NCBI GenBank assembly: GCA_950097015.1
Contig: CATNEN010000039.1
Location: 1,302,001 to 1,366,000 of the forward strand
Length of the DNA: 64,000 nt
Direction: 5' to 3'
From: Macrostomum hystrix
Lineage: Eukaryota > Animalia > Platyhelminthes
Part shown: positions 40,066-55,556 of the stretch, one piece after another
Layout: each line of letters starts with the position of its first letter
How positions within the stretch are numbered: position 1 is the first letter of the stretch
Position numbers and translations under genes: made by a program
Notes under the pieces: model-generated
What the model was told of the DNA's origin: nothing
Seen by the model: the letters and a program-made list of their open reading frames with translations, nothing else
The model's database searches: none

Positions 40066-40759
40066 TATTATTACTAATATTATTATTACTAACTAATAGT
40101 AGTAAAACTATTACTAATAGTAATTATAGTAGTAATTAATTGAAGTAGTAATACTACGAATCCAGTGTTTGAATGTTTCATATTCTGTCAGCTCAGTGTT
40201 GACTACAATGCGGACTAACCAGCAACTGCTATGGCCCTTTAAATAACTATCTCTCTCATTTTTACTGTTCTCAACTAATTTAGACCGTTGAAATGCACCT
40301 CTCTTTTGCTAAGCGACTCCACCATGAGCTAATAAAATGTGTGGGACGTGGCACGCTTTTTCAAGTGTCCTCAAGGCATCCCTGCATTGTATGGCACCAG
40401 TGTCTTTACATGGGGAAAACCGACCGAGTTGACAGGCTGTCAGATTAGTGGTTTAGTTGTACTTTTAAATAATATCTATTTTAAAGCAGCTATCAACAAC
40501 TCTACAGTTCGACCACACGGTGCTTGGTTGCATTAGCAGTATGAATGCCAAGCTAGTTTTCCGCACGCTTTAGTATTAAGGAGACTTTTTCATGCGATTT
40601 AACAGTGCCACGCCATGCCACGCCATCAGTGACGTTTCGAAGATATTTTGCTATTCCAACTGGCAAAGCTGACTTGCCATGGCTTACGAGTACACAGTAT
40701 GCATAGTAAGCTCCCGCCACATGTTAAAACGAAGGCTGAGAGTTGTTGTCGACGATGTC

Positions 40760-41535
40760 GTGCAGGGTATGTAAAGCTGATTGTGCAGGGTATGTAGTGC
40801 TGATTGTGAAGGGTATGCAGTGCTGGCTGTGCAGGGTATGCAGTGCTGATTGTGAAGGGTATGCAGTGCTGGCTGTGCAGGGTATGCAGTGCTGATTGTG
40901 AAGGGTATGCAGTGCTGGCTGTGCAGGGTATGTAGTGCTGATTGTGAAGGGTATGCAGTGCTGGCTGTGCAGGGTATGCAGTGCTGATTGTGAAGGGTAT
41001 GCAGTGCTGGCTGTGCAGGGTATGTAGTGCTGATTGTGCAGGGTATGTAGTGCTGATTGTGCAGGGTATGTAGTGCTGATTGTGCAGGGTATGTAGTGCT
41101 GATTGTGCAGGGTATGTAGTGCTGATTGTGCAGGGTATGCAGTGCTGGCTGTGCAGGGTATGTAGTGCTGATTGTGCAGGGTATGTAGTGCTGATTGTGC
41201 AGGGTATGTAGTGCTGATTGTGCAGGGTGTGTAGTGCTGATTGTGCAGGGTATGTAGTGCTGATTGTGCAGGGTATGTAGTGCTGATTGTGCAGGGTGTG
41301 TAGTGCTGATTGTGCAGGGTATGTAGTGCTGATTTTGCAGGGTATGTAGTGCTGATTGTGCAGGGTATGTAGTGCTGATTGTGCAGGGTGTGTAGTGCTG
41401 ATTGTGCAGGGTATGTAGTGCTGATTGTGCAGGGTGTGTAGTGCTGATTGTGCAGGGTATGTAGTGCTGATTGTGCAGGGTATGTAGTGCTGATTTTGCA
41501 GGGTATGTAGTGCTGATTGTGCTGATTTGCTGAAT
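40760..41535. repeat. Minisatellite, 23-bp unit GTGCAGGGTATGTAGTGCTGATT
   Basis: About 33 tandem units. Confidence 0.95.
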
Positions 41536-41663
41536 GCATAAGCGCCGATAGGAAAATCCGTAGTCGATTTAGCGATCCGATTCCTGGTTAGAAATGAAGG
41601 TAAAAGTTGTGGCTCAGTTACTCAAATAGACGAGAGTGCAACGGCTTAGTGAGATAAAAAACA

Positions 41664-41744
41664 GCTGGATCAGACAGGTTAAAAAAGATCTTCATGTATG
41701 TGAAATCTGACAGTACGAATACAAATGAATGCATCATGTCCAGC
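41664..41744 (-). ncRNA. Box C/D snoRNA, SNORD41/snR51-type guide for a 28S rRNA Um
   Basis: GCTGGA...TCCAGC terminal stem; box C ATGATGC; guide GTATTCGTACTG; D' CAGA; C' ATGAAGA; box D CTGA. The guide is antisense to the conserved 28S sequence CAGUACGAAUAC. Confidence 0.85.
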
Positions 41745-41762
41745 GAAAGCTGAATAAATATT

Positions 41763-42008
41763 GGAGGTGGTGGCACAAGTGTCTGAGAGATGATTGGCTC
41801 CCATTGTGGAGGTGGTGGCACCTGTGTCTGACAGGTGATTGGCTCCCATTGTGGAGGTGGTGGCACCTGTGTCTGACAGGTGATTGGCTCCCATTGTGGA
41901 GGTGGTGGCACCTGTGTCTGAGAGATGATTGGCTCCCATTGTGGAGGTGGTGGCACCTGTGTCTGAGAGATGATTGGCTCCCATTGTGAAGGTGGTGGCA
42001 CCTGTGTC
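41763..42008. repeat. 45-bp tandem repeat inside the snoRNA-bearing intron
   Basis: About 5.5 units of GGAGGTGGTGGCACCTGTGTCTGA(C/G)A(G)..TGATTGGCTCCCATTGT. Confidence 0.9.
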
Positions 42009-42197
42009 ATATTTGCCCAATATGCAGGTATGAAAGGAAATAATAGCATATAATATTTATTATACAATAACTGCAGAAGTGAAAAAACTCACCAAAAATA
42101 GAGCCAAAGTTCTCGCTTTCCGTTGTGAATGAAGTGCCTAAAAATGAGAAAGGAAACTAGAAAACTCACGGATTTAAATTTTACTTAAAGTCGGTAC

Positions 42198-42283
42198 GTC
42201 AGTTAAAAAGATCAGAGAAATAAATTATTGGTTTCAGCAGGGCACTTCTCAGTCAGTACGAATACGAAATAGCATCATTTCAA
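42198..42283 (-). ncRNA. Second box C/D snoRNA paralogue with the same 28S guide
   Basis: ATGATGC-tatttc-GTATTCGTACTG-A-CTGA. The 3' box D is ambiguous (CTGA at 42215-42212 or 42202-42199). Confidence 0.7.
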
Positions 42284-43051
42284 CAGTAATGTTGTCAGGT
42301 AGGGACTACGAGGTATAAATTTCATCCTATGTAAGCGCTTTGAACTCACCAATTTATTTTCTAGCAGCGAATTTCGACCCGCCAGGCTCATTGGATTAGC
42401 GAAATCCAGAAAGAAGCGCTTCTGAAAAATATCTTCAAACTACTGGTTTCAAGCCTACTTACAGTAGCATAGTAAGAAAATGACATGAAATATTATACCA
42501 TTTTTAATTTAAGCAATCTCTGCACTAACTGAATTTTGAAGCATGCTTTGAGGATGGAAATTTTAGCTAGTTAGTTTATTTGCCTGCCTAATCAGTGCTC
42601 AATGAGTTTACCGATTGCTCATTGTGTATAAATATGCACTTTTAGTTAGGACTGGACAGCTGGGGTCGAATAGTTGAGTAACATATATTTTTCCTGTTAC
42701 ATTGTAGTCATAAGCTTTTATCAGACCAACAAACTAAACAAGAAAATCTGTTTGAATGCTAACAATAGACACTGGGCTTAATGCTGATTAACAGTACATG
42801 TACACAATCAGATGAAATACACGGGAGATCTGTTACAGCTCGAACAGGTGTAAAAAACGTTGCACCCCCTCAGTTTGTAGCTAATTGCTTTTATTTCTAA
42901 TCTGGCATAGATTAGCAACAACAAAAAAGAAATTCCGACCGATTGTCACTGAGGACTTTTCGGCCCACTAAAAACTGTTGCAGCTAAAAGTATACAGGTG
43001 AAAACCTAGCTATTCAATATGAGAGTTGTTAATCAATTGAGTTACTGCCAA

Positions 43052-46970
<3,919 letters not shown>

Positions 46971-47761
46971 GATGACCAATCAGTAAAGCGAAAGTTTTAT
47001 GTATATTTATTAGATGGACTGGTCTAAGTACTCGACTATACTGCACGGTATACAGCTTTTAAGTATTTTTACCTGTAAATACCAGACACTGTGAAGTACA
47101 GTGGATAATAATAGAGAATTAATATATAATTATGTTTCGTAAGTTCCAGAAGTGAGAAAAAACGTTTGAATTCAGTCGCAAGAAAAGAATAAGTAAAACA
47201 ACATTAGCTATAAGCTGTCTAGATAGTATAATATTATAAAGCAGTTTAATTAAAATAAAAATAATAAAAACAAAGCACAATCTATAATAATTTTTGATCA
47301 AATTGTTGTTATTAAAAATGTTTTACACCACTTTTAACTAGTAAATTCCAAATCATTTTCCATAACTTTCAGAAGTTTGCCGCATGTAGCCTTGATTTGT
47401 CTGTTTTGAGCAGCTTTAATAGACGATATCTTTGATTGTAAGAAAACAATAAAAAGTGCTCTTACTTGTTGCATAATACTGTTTCAAAATGCATGCAGCT
47501 CGTCAGATCACGAGATTATAAAATCATTTGCTTCTTTTCTATTATATTCACGTCTCTGGTGTTTATATATATTCTTATATGCTTCTTTGAATTTATTCCG
47601 TTCAGTTATTTTTCAGAGATGCGTATCTAGACCTCATATTATTGGCCCAACTATATAAAAGAACTAAAAGAATCTATAAAAGCTAATACAAATAGAAAAT
47701 AAAACCCAAATATCTATACAAAGTAATGTAAGCCGTATTCTTCAACCTGAATTTCAGCACG
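46971..47761. promoter_or_regulatory. AT-rich bidirectional promoter region between NDUFAB1 and IFT172
   Basis: Head-to-head start codons separated by 791 bp. Confidence 0.6.
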
Positions 47762-50700
47762 ATGCGGTTGAAGCACCTAAAGACAATTCACCTACCGTCG
47801 GAGGGGTCTGCGAGAATAGCATGTCTGGCCTTCGCGCCTAATAACAAGAAGCTGGCGATTTGCACCAGTGAGCGCGTCATTCAGCTTTATGATGACAGCG
47901 GAGAACGTAAGGATAAGTTCGCTACAAAGCCGAGCGACTCTAAGTACAGTAAGAACAGCTATCACGTAACAGCAATAGCATTCGGCCCCGATTCGGCTAA
48001 GCTGGCTGTGGCACAGACGGACAACATTATCTACGTTTATAAGATTGGCGACAACTGGGGCGATAAGAAGGTAATATGCAACAAGTTTCCGCAACAGTCT
48101 GCCGTCACAGCCATGATCTGGCCGCCTGAGCAGCAGATCATCTTTGGCCTAGCTGAAGGAAAAGTCCGCCTAGCCAACACGCGCAACAACAAGTCCAGCA
48201 CTCTGTACAGCAGCGACTCCATGGTAGTCAGCCTGGGATCTAACATGTCTGGCAAAGGCTTCGTCTCAGGACACGCGGATGGACAGATTGTACGGTACTT
48301 CTTTGAGGACGAGGGCACCGGCGAGACCTCCGGCAAGCTGTGTGTTCACCCAAGCGCGCCGTACGCCCTGTGCTGGGCAGGTGCCACAGTTGTAGCAGCG
48401 GGTTCGGACAAGCGTATCTACGCCTACACTCGCGAGGGCCGGCCACTCCAGCAGTTTGACTATTCTCGCGACGACAGCGAGAAAGAGTTTACAGTGGCCT
48501 GCTGCAGCCCCAGCGGCCAGACGGTGATCGTTGGCTCATTTAACCGGATCCGACTACTGAACTGGAGTCCCAGCAAGGGCACCTGGGAGGAAGGCGCCGC
48601 CACAGAGATTGCCAATCTCTACACAGTGACGGCACTAGCCTGGCGTCGTGACGGATCCCGCATCGTCAGCGGAAGTCTCTGCGGCGCGGTGGACATGTTC
48701 GACTGCTCTACACGGCGCGCCGTATACAAAGACAAGTTTGACGTGAAGTACGTCGGGCCCAGCCAGGTGCTGGTGACGGAAATCAAGACAGGTCGCACGA
48801 TTGTAATCAAGAGCCATTTTGGCTGTGAGGTCAATGACTTAAAGGTGAGTAAATTTAATGATATGAAAAATCAGATTTTTTTACCAGATAAAGTAAAAAT
48901 ATTATATAAAGCAAGTCGAATCGCAAGCAATGAACGCTCTGCGCAATTAACAGGTGATGGGCAACGACAACTACCTGATTGCGTACACCACCGAGACCTT
49001 AATCATCGCTGACATAAAGAACAAGCAGGTGAGCGAAGTCCCATGGACCGGCGTCGGAAACGAGAAATTTTTATTCGACTACGACAACGTGTGCGTCATC
49101 TTCCACGATAGCACGCTTTCCATGATAGAGTACGGCCAGCAGCAGGTGCTGGGATCCGTGCGCACCGAGCATTTCAATCCGCACCTCATCAGCGTGCGCA
49201 TCAATGAGCGCAAGCAACTAAACGTGAGCTCAAACCGCAAGTTGGCTTACCTCATGGACCTCAAGACGGTATGCATCTTCGACCTGGACCGTCAGTGCAC
49301 AATTGGCCAGGTGGACCACGATGTCAAGGTGCACTGGCTCGAGCTGAATGAGACCAGCCGGAAGCTGCTGTTCCGGGACAAGAAGCTGCGCTTGTTTCTC
49401 TATGACGTCGAATCCGGAGAGCGCATCGCCTTGCTGAACTACTGCTCCTACGTGCAGTGGGTGCCCGGCAGCGATGTCGTTGTGGCCCAGAGCCGAGACA
49501 CATTGTGCATCTGGTACAACGTGGACTCGCCGGACCGCGTCACCAGCTTGCCGCTGAAGGGTGACATCATCGGGTTGGAGCGCCTCGACGGGAAGACCAA
49601 CGTGATCGTGCGCGACGGTGCCGCCTCGGTGAACTACATGCTGGACGAGGATCTCATCGAGTTCGGTACCTCGATGGACGACGGCGACTTTGGCAGGGCG
49701 GCCGCCTTCCTTGAGTCACAGGAGCAGTCGCCGGAGGTCGAGACAATGTGGAAGACGCTGGCCGAAGCGGCACTGCGCGCTGGCTCCGTGGCCGTCGCCG
49801 AGAGATCCTATGCAGCTCTCGGCGATGTTTGTAAGGCTCGATATTTGCGAAAGGTGAGTGCATTCGCACCCTTACTTAATTGACTCTTAATCCAATTAGC
49901 CTGCACTGGAAAGCAACTTACTCTTGCTCACTGCTCGTCTCTTTTACGACAAGTAATTTGATAACAGTCTATTTACAATCAACCATTCCCAAATGAGTTC
50001 TCTATAATAAAAAAGCAAACACATGTACACAAATGTGCAGGTCGACGAGCTTGTGCAGCGACTGGCAGCGGAGGGTGACCCGGAGCCGTTATTGCACTAC
50101 CAGGTGCAGGCCAAGCTGGCCCTTCTAGAGCGGGACTTTAAGCGGGCCGAGCAGATCTACCTGGAGCAGAACGCCGTCGACGAGGCCATCGAGATGTACA
50201 AATCCATGCAGCGCTGGGAGCTGGCGCTGGAGGTGGCCATGGTGAAAAACCACCCGGAGCTTGAGCAGCTCAAGCGGGGCTACCTGGACTGGCTGGGCAA
50301 GACTAACCAGGAAGAGAAGGTAAGGGGCCATTTTAAACTAAATTATGCGTAGATCAATCAATGAAACTAAATTGATGTAAGGCAGATTGAAGACCTCATA
50401 AAATATCCCATTCAAAACTGCAGGTCGGCGAGATGAAAGAACGCGAAGGCGATTACCAGGGCGCCATCACCTTTTACCTGAAGTCTGGCCTGCCCGGTCG
50501 GGCCGCCCAGCTGGCCCTCAGCCGCGAGGAGCTACGCTCCAACAGCGACCTGATGAGCCGCATCGCCAACGCGCTGGAGCGGGCCGAGCTGTTTGAGAAG
50601 GCCGGTGAGCTGTACGAGCGAATCGGTAACAACACGGAGGCCATGAAGTGCTACCGACGCGCCAAGGCGTTCCTGCGCGCCGTGGACCTCGCGAGGCACG

Positions 50701-53700
50701 CCTACCCATCGGAGGTGGTCCGGCTGGAGGAGGAATGGGGCAACTACCTGGCCATGCAGAAGCAGATGGACGCGGCCGTGCAGCACTTTATCGAGGCCGG
50801 TGTCTACACAAAGGCTGTGGACGCAGCCATCGGGTCGCGGCAGTGGTTGAAGGTGCCATCTCACATGCTTATCGTTTGATATAAAACCCAACGCTTAAAC
50901 GTCAGCTATACCCAGTCGATACTAACCCAATTAGTGCTCAGTTAATACGCCCTACAATGTCCCTACCTATGCACCAGGCCGTGGAAATCCTTCGCAATAT
51001 GGGCGACGCCCCGAACCTGAAGCCGTACTACGAGAAGCTGGCGATTCACTTTGCCTCCACCATGGAGCTGGAGATTGCGGAGCAGATGTACGTGCGCGCT
51101 GGCAACATCAAGCAGGCGATCGCGATGTACACCGACGCTGGCAGGCTGGAGGACGCCCACCGTCTGGCAAACAGCCACATGGACCGGCACGAGTTCAGCC
51201 AGATGTACACCAAGCAGGCTGACGAGGCTGAAGCCGCCGGCAGGTACAAGGAGGCCGAGCGCCTGTTCCTCACCATTGGCCAGGTGGATCGGGCTATTCG
51301 AATGTACCGCAATGCGCGCATGCACCAGGATACGATGCGGCTGGTGCGGCAGCATGACCCGGCTAATTTGGCACAAACCCAGGTAAGTAGGGGAGCATCA
51401 TTGTGCTGCTGACTCAACTTCGGTTGATCCTGCGGCCAAACAAGGATCACGGGCTTTACTTAAAAGGGCTACTTAACAAGGGATGTACTTTTGGTTTCAG
51501 TAAGTTGACTGTTACATAAATCCAACTTGCAAACTCAGGCGGCGGTTGCGGCGCAGCTGGCGGAGGAGGGCAACCACCGGCAGGCGGAGCAGTTCTTCCT
51601 TGACGCCGGCGACTGGAAGGCGGCGGTGAAGATGTACCGCCAGCTGGACATGTGGGAGGACGCCTACAGAGTGGCCAAGAACCACGGTGAGGGACCTGCA
51701 GCCAAGCAGGTTGCCTATTACTGGGCCAGGCACCTGGGCGGAGAATCCGCAGTTAAACTACTCACCAGGTAATCATGGTGGTTCACTGTAGATTTGCTCA
51801 TGCAAATTGAAAGCCTCAATGAGCTGTGTACAATTCTGAATTTACCCATGCAGATTTGGCCTGCTAGAGTCAGCCATCGACACCGCCATTGAGAACTCCG
51901 CCTTCGACTTCGCATTTGAGCTGTCCAAGAATCTGATGCAGCACAAGGCGCCCGAAATACACCTGAAGTACGCCATGTTCCTCGAGGACGAGGGCAAGTT
52001 TGCCGAAGCTGAGGACCACTTCATCAAGGCCAACAAGCCCAAGGAGGCCGTTCTCATGCATGTCCACGCACGAAACTGGGACGCAGCGCGTCGAGTAGCC
52101 GAGAAGCACGACAAGGACTCGATTCCTGACATCCTGGCCGGACAGGCTCGCCTGGCCTTCGAGGAGAAGGAGTTCCAGAAGGCTGAGGCCCTGCTGCTTC
52201 GGGCGGAGCGGCCTGAAATGGCTGTGAAGTTCTACAAGGAGGCCGGCATGAAGACTGACGCGCTGCGGGTGTGCAAGGAGTACCTGCCGCACAAACTGGC
52301 CGCGCTCTCCGTGAGTTCCGAGAGACTTTGTCCCCCCTCCTCCAGGTGTGAGTGGTTATCCCTGGCCTCTCTCTTTTGGAGGTTTAAGAGGCTGTCTGTA
52401 GCAGTTCTCTGATTCCGATAGTCTGTCCTTTCCAATGTAAAATAACAGATTTCTGACTCGCCTTCCTCCAGGAGGAGCTGGAATACGAAGCCACGGCGCA
52501 GAGGGCGGACGGCATACAGAGCCTTCTACGCGAAGCCAAGCAGTACGAGGCCTCCGGCAATCACCTAAAGGCGGTGGAACTGTACCTGAAGCTCACAGCT
52601 GACGTTACCAGCGACGAGTCCGTGCTAGCCGGTGCTTGGCGCAAAGCCGCCGACCTGGCTGTGAAATTCCTCAGCGCCGATAAGCACGAGAAGGTGGTGG
52701 ACATTGTGGCCAATCGGCTCAAATCAATCGGTCGGCATGCAGATGCCGCCGAGGTGTACCTCCGCGTGGAGATGGTGCAGGAATGCGTCGACGCCTACAT
52801 CAGCGCTGAGGACTGGTCCAACGCGCGCCGGGTCGCCAAGCAGCTGGAGCCACGCCTGAGTAGCTACATTGAGACCAAATACAAGGAGAGCCTTACCTCG
52901 GCTGGCAACGCTCAGGTGAGTCACAAAAGCCAAACAAAATCAATGCATCAATAACTTCTAACATGGCCTGACTCTCGGCAATCTAATCCACTTCATTAAA
53001 CAGGAGCTGGCGGCCACAGGCGATGTGAGCTCCGCAGTGGACATGCTGGCAGCCAAGGGCCAGTGGGAGAAGTGCCTGGCCATGGCCGAAAAGCAGGACT
53101 TCAAGCTGCTGCACAAGTACGTGGCCATGTACGCCACTAACCTCATCAAGGAGGGCAACACGGAGGCTGCACTGACTCTGTATGTGAAGCACGGGGCCCC
53201 CGCCTTCCAGCAGAACTATAACATCTACCGCAAGATCTTCAAGGACGTCATCAGCATGCGCGACCTGTGCAAGCCGGGTTCCTACCCTATCTGGGCAGAC
53301 CTGCGCGACTTCCTGCTCACCTTGTCGCAGAACATTGAGAAGTCACCGGACCGGGGATCCCAGGATCACGAACTGTTCGATCAGCTGCTCACAATTGCAC
53401 ACTTCTGCGCGATTCGGTGAGTACTAAGTTTGTTACAAGCCGAAACAAACATAATATAATATAATATAATATAACATAATATAATATAATATAACTTAAT
53501 ATAACATAATATATAATATAACATAATATAATATAATATAATATAATATAATATAATATAATATAACTTAATATAACATAATATAATATAATATAATATA
53601 ATATAATATAATATAATATAATATAATATAATATAATATAATATAATATCAAACAAGCGTTCCTAATTTCTTATTCCATCCTCGGACAAGTGACGCCGTT

Positions 53701-54662
53701 CACTTCTTAACTAAATCTTGCACAACTTCCACCTTGCTTCTCAACAACTTTACCTTAAACCGACCTCACTTCTCACTAACTTCACTTCACTTCACTCACC
53801 CACTCCACACCCACCTCACTCCGCACACACCTCACTCTGCGCACTACCCATAACGCGCCCATATCACTAAGCACACAATTCTCTCAAACTCTTACCGAAT
53901 TTTTTTCTTTTTATCGCCCTGGCCAACAACAACAATTTCAAGCTCCGCCATGCTATCGGATGAGTCGCTGAAGCCGCAGGCTACCAAGGTGTCCATCAGC
54001 CTGCTGCGCTACACGGAGTACATGCCGGCAGACAAGGCCTTCTACGAGGCCGGCATGATGTGCAAATCAGTCGGCTGGGACAGCATGGCCTTCGTGTTCC
54101 TCAACCACTATCTGGACCTTATCGAGGCCATCGAGGACCAGGACGACTCGTCACTGAATCACTCGGACTTTGAAGGCACCGACATACCGGCCGAGATCCC
54201 GCTACCGGCAGCGCCGTACACAAACAGCTCAGAGTACGAAGAGGTGAGCAAGCTTGGAAAGACTTGAAATTGGTTGAGCAGTTCACGGCCAGGAGGCCAC
54301 AGTGGGAGGTTGCGACATGGTTAATATCGGGATCATTCGTCCCGCAGGTGAAGGCCTGGATCCTGGAGGTGTCAATGAACCAGCGCCTCGAGCAGGCGCT
54401 GCCCAAGGACAGTCGCGGAGTGTTCGAGGCCTCGCTGATCGGCGGCAAGGCCAGCCCCTACCCGCCCTGCGTCATCACCGGCTACCCGGTGCTGGAGGCC
54501 GGCGTTCAGTTCAAGCGGGCGGACAAGACCGCCAACAAGGACGACTACAACAAGATGCTGACGGCCACGAAGATGAGCCACTCGGTGGACTGTCAGGATG
54601 TGCTCAAGTTCGTCACGGCCTGGTGTGGCAACCTGCCGATGCCCACCTACTCGTTCAAGTGA
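47762..54662 (+). CDS. IFT172: Intraflagellar transport protein 172 (WD40 + TPR-like), about 12 exons
   Basis: MRLKHLKT..., [101 protein letters not shown]. Approximate exons: 47762-48844, 48954-49853, 50041-50319, 50424-50852, 50978-51382, 51539-51768, 51854-52310, 52472-52915, 53004-53417, 53943-54243, 54348-54662. Confidence 0.97.
53451..53648. repeat. (ATAAT)n microsatellite in an IFT172 intron
   Basis: Direct observation. Confidence 0.95.
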
Positions 54663-54932
54663 TTCGATTGGTCCTCATGCAACATTTCGGCCTGACACTT
54701 TTCACTTTAACTATCTAACTGTTCTACAATGTACCTGACTGTCTCTTTTATGCTGTCCAATAAACTATTGAAGATTTAAAGTACAAGTACCGTGTAAAAT
54801 TGAAGGAGAAATAGAAAGACAACTGTCTGGACTCTTCTAGATTTAAAACCGCAGGGAAAATATGCACCTCCATTTGGTTGTCTATAATAAAAAATCCAGC
54901 CTCAAAAAAATCTGCCAGGCAGTGCAGTTTGA

Positions 54933-55184
54933 AAAAATACACTACAGATAATACACAAAAATACACTACAGATAATACACAAAAATACACTACAGATAAT
55001 ACACAAAAATACACTACAGATAATACACAAAAATACACTACAGATAATACACAAAAATACACTACAGATAATACACAAAAATACACTACAGATAATACAC
55101 AAAAATACACTACAGATAATACACAAAAATACACTACAGATAATACACAAAAATACACTACAGATAATACACAAAAATACACTA
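54933..55184. repeat. 24-bp tandem repeat AAAAATACACTACAGATAATACAC between the convergent IFT172 and APH1 genes
   Basis: About 10 perfect units. Confidence 0.95.
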
Positions 55185-55444
55185 TAGTTTATCATAAAAT
55201 AAAACCATCTTGATCGAAGCACAGGCAATAGAAATCTGCTTTGAGCAGCGCATAGCGAAGTATGCAAAAATGAGCACTATGGAAAGAATTGCAAAACTAA
55301 TCCTTCAATGCTTAGCCGGCATAGATCAAAGATTAAATTGCGTAATAAGGTGGCTCAAGGTAAATCATATAAACGATTAAGAAATAACATCAAGAAAGCT
55401 CGATAAAAAATAAGGCAAAGATTTAAACCCATCACCACTGCTTC

Positions 55445-55555
55445 TGTCAGTCAGTCAGTCAGTCAGTCAGTCAGTCAGTCAGTCAGTCAGTCAGTCAGTC
55501 AGTCAGTCAGTCAGTCAGTCAGTCAGTCAGTCAGTCAGTCAGTCAGTCAGTCAGT
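55445..55555. repeat. (GTCA)n microsatellite abutting the APH1 stop codon
   Basis: About 27 perfect units. Confidence 0.95.
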
Positions 55556-55556
55556 G

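Larger units (their letters stand above)
41569..42421 (-). ncRNA. Putative snoRNA host transcript (exons ~42421-42350, 42137-42093, 41583-...) with a 33-codon sORF
   Basis: Canonical TTG|GTGAGT donors and TTTTAG / CTAACCAG acceptors. Each of the two introns holds a C/D snoRNA about 70-80 nt upstream of the 3' splice site. Confidence 0.6.

Noticed and set aside
51422-51433. 12-nt match to the 18S rRNA 5' end (GGTTGATCCTGC) in an IFT172 intron
   Set aside because: It is in sense orientation to the host and has no correctly ordered C/D boxes; likely chance.
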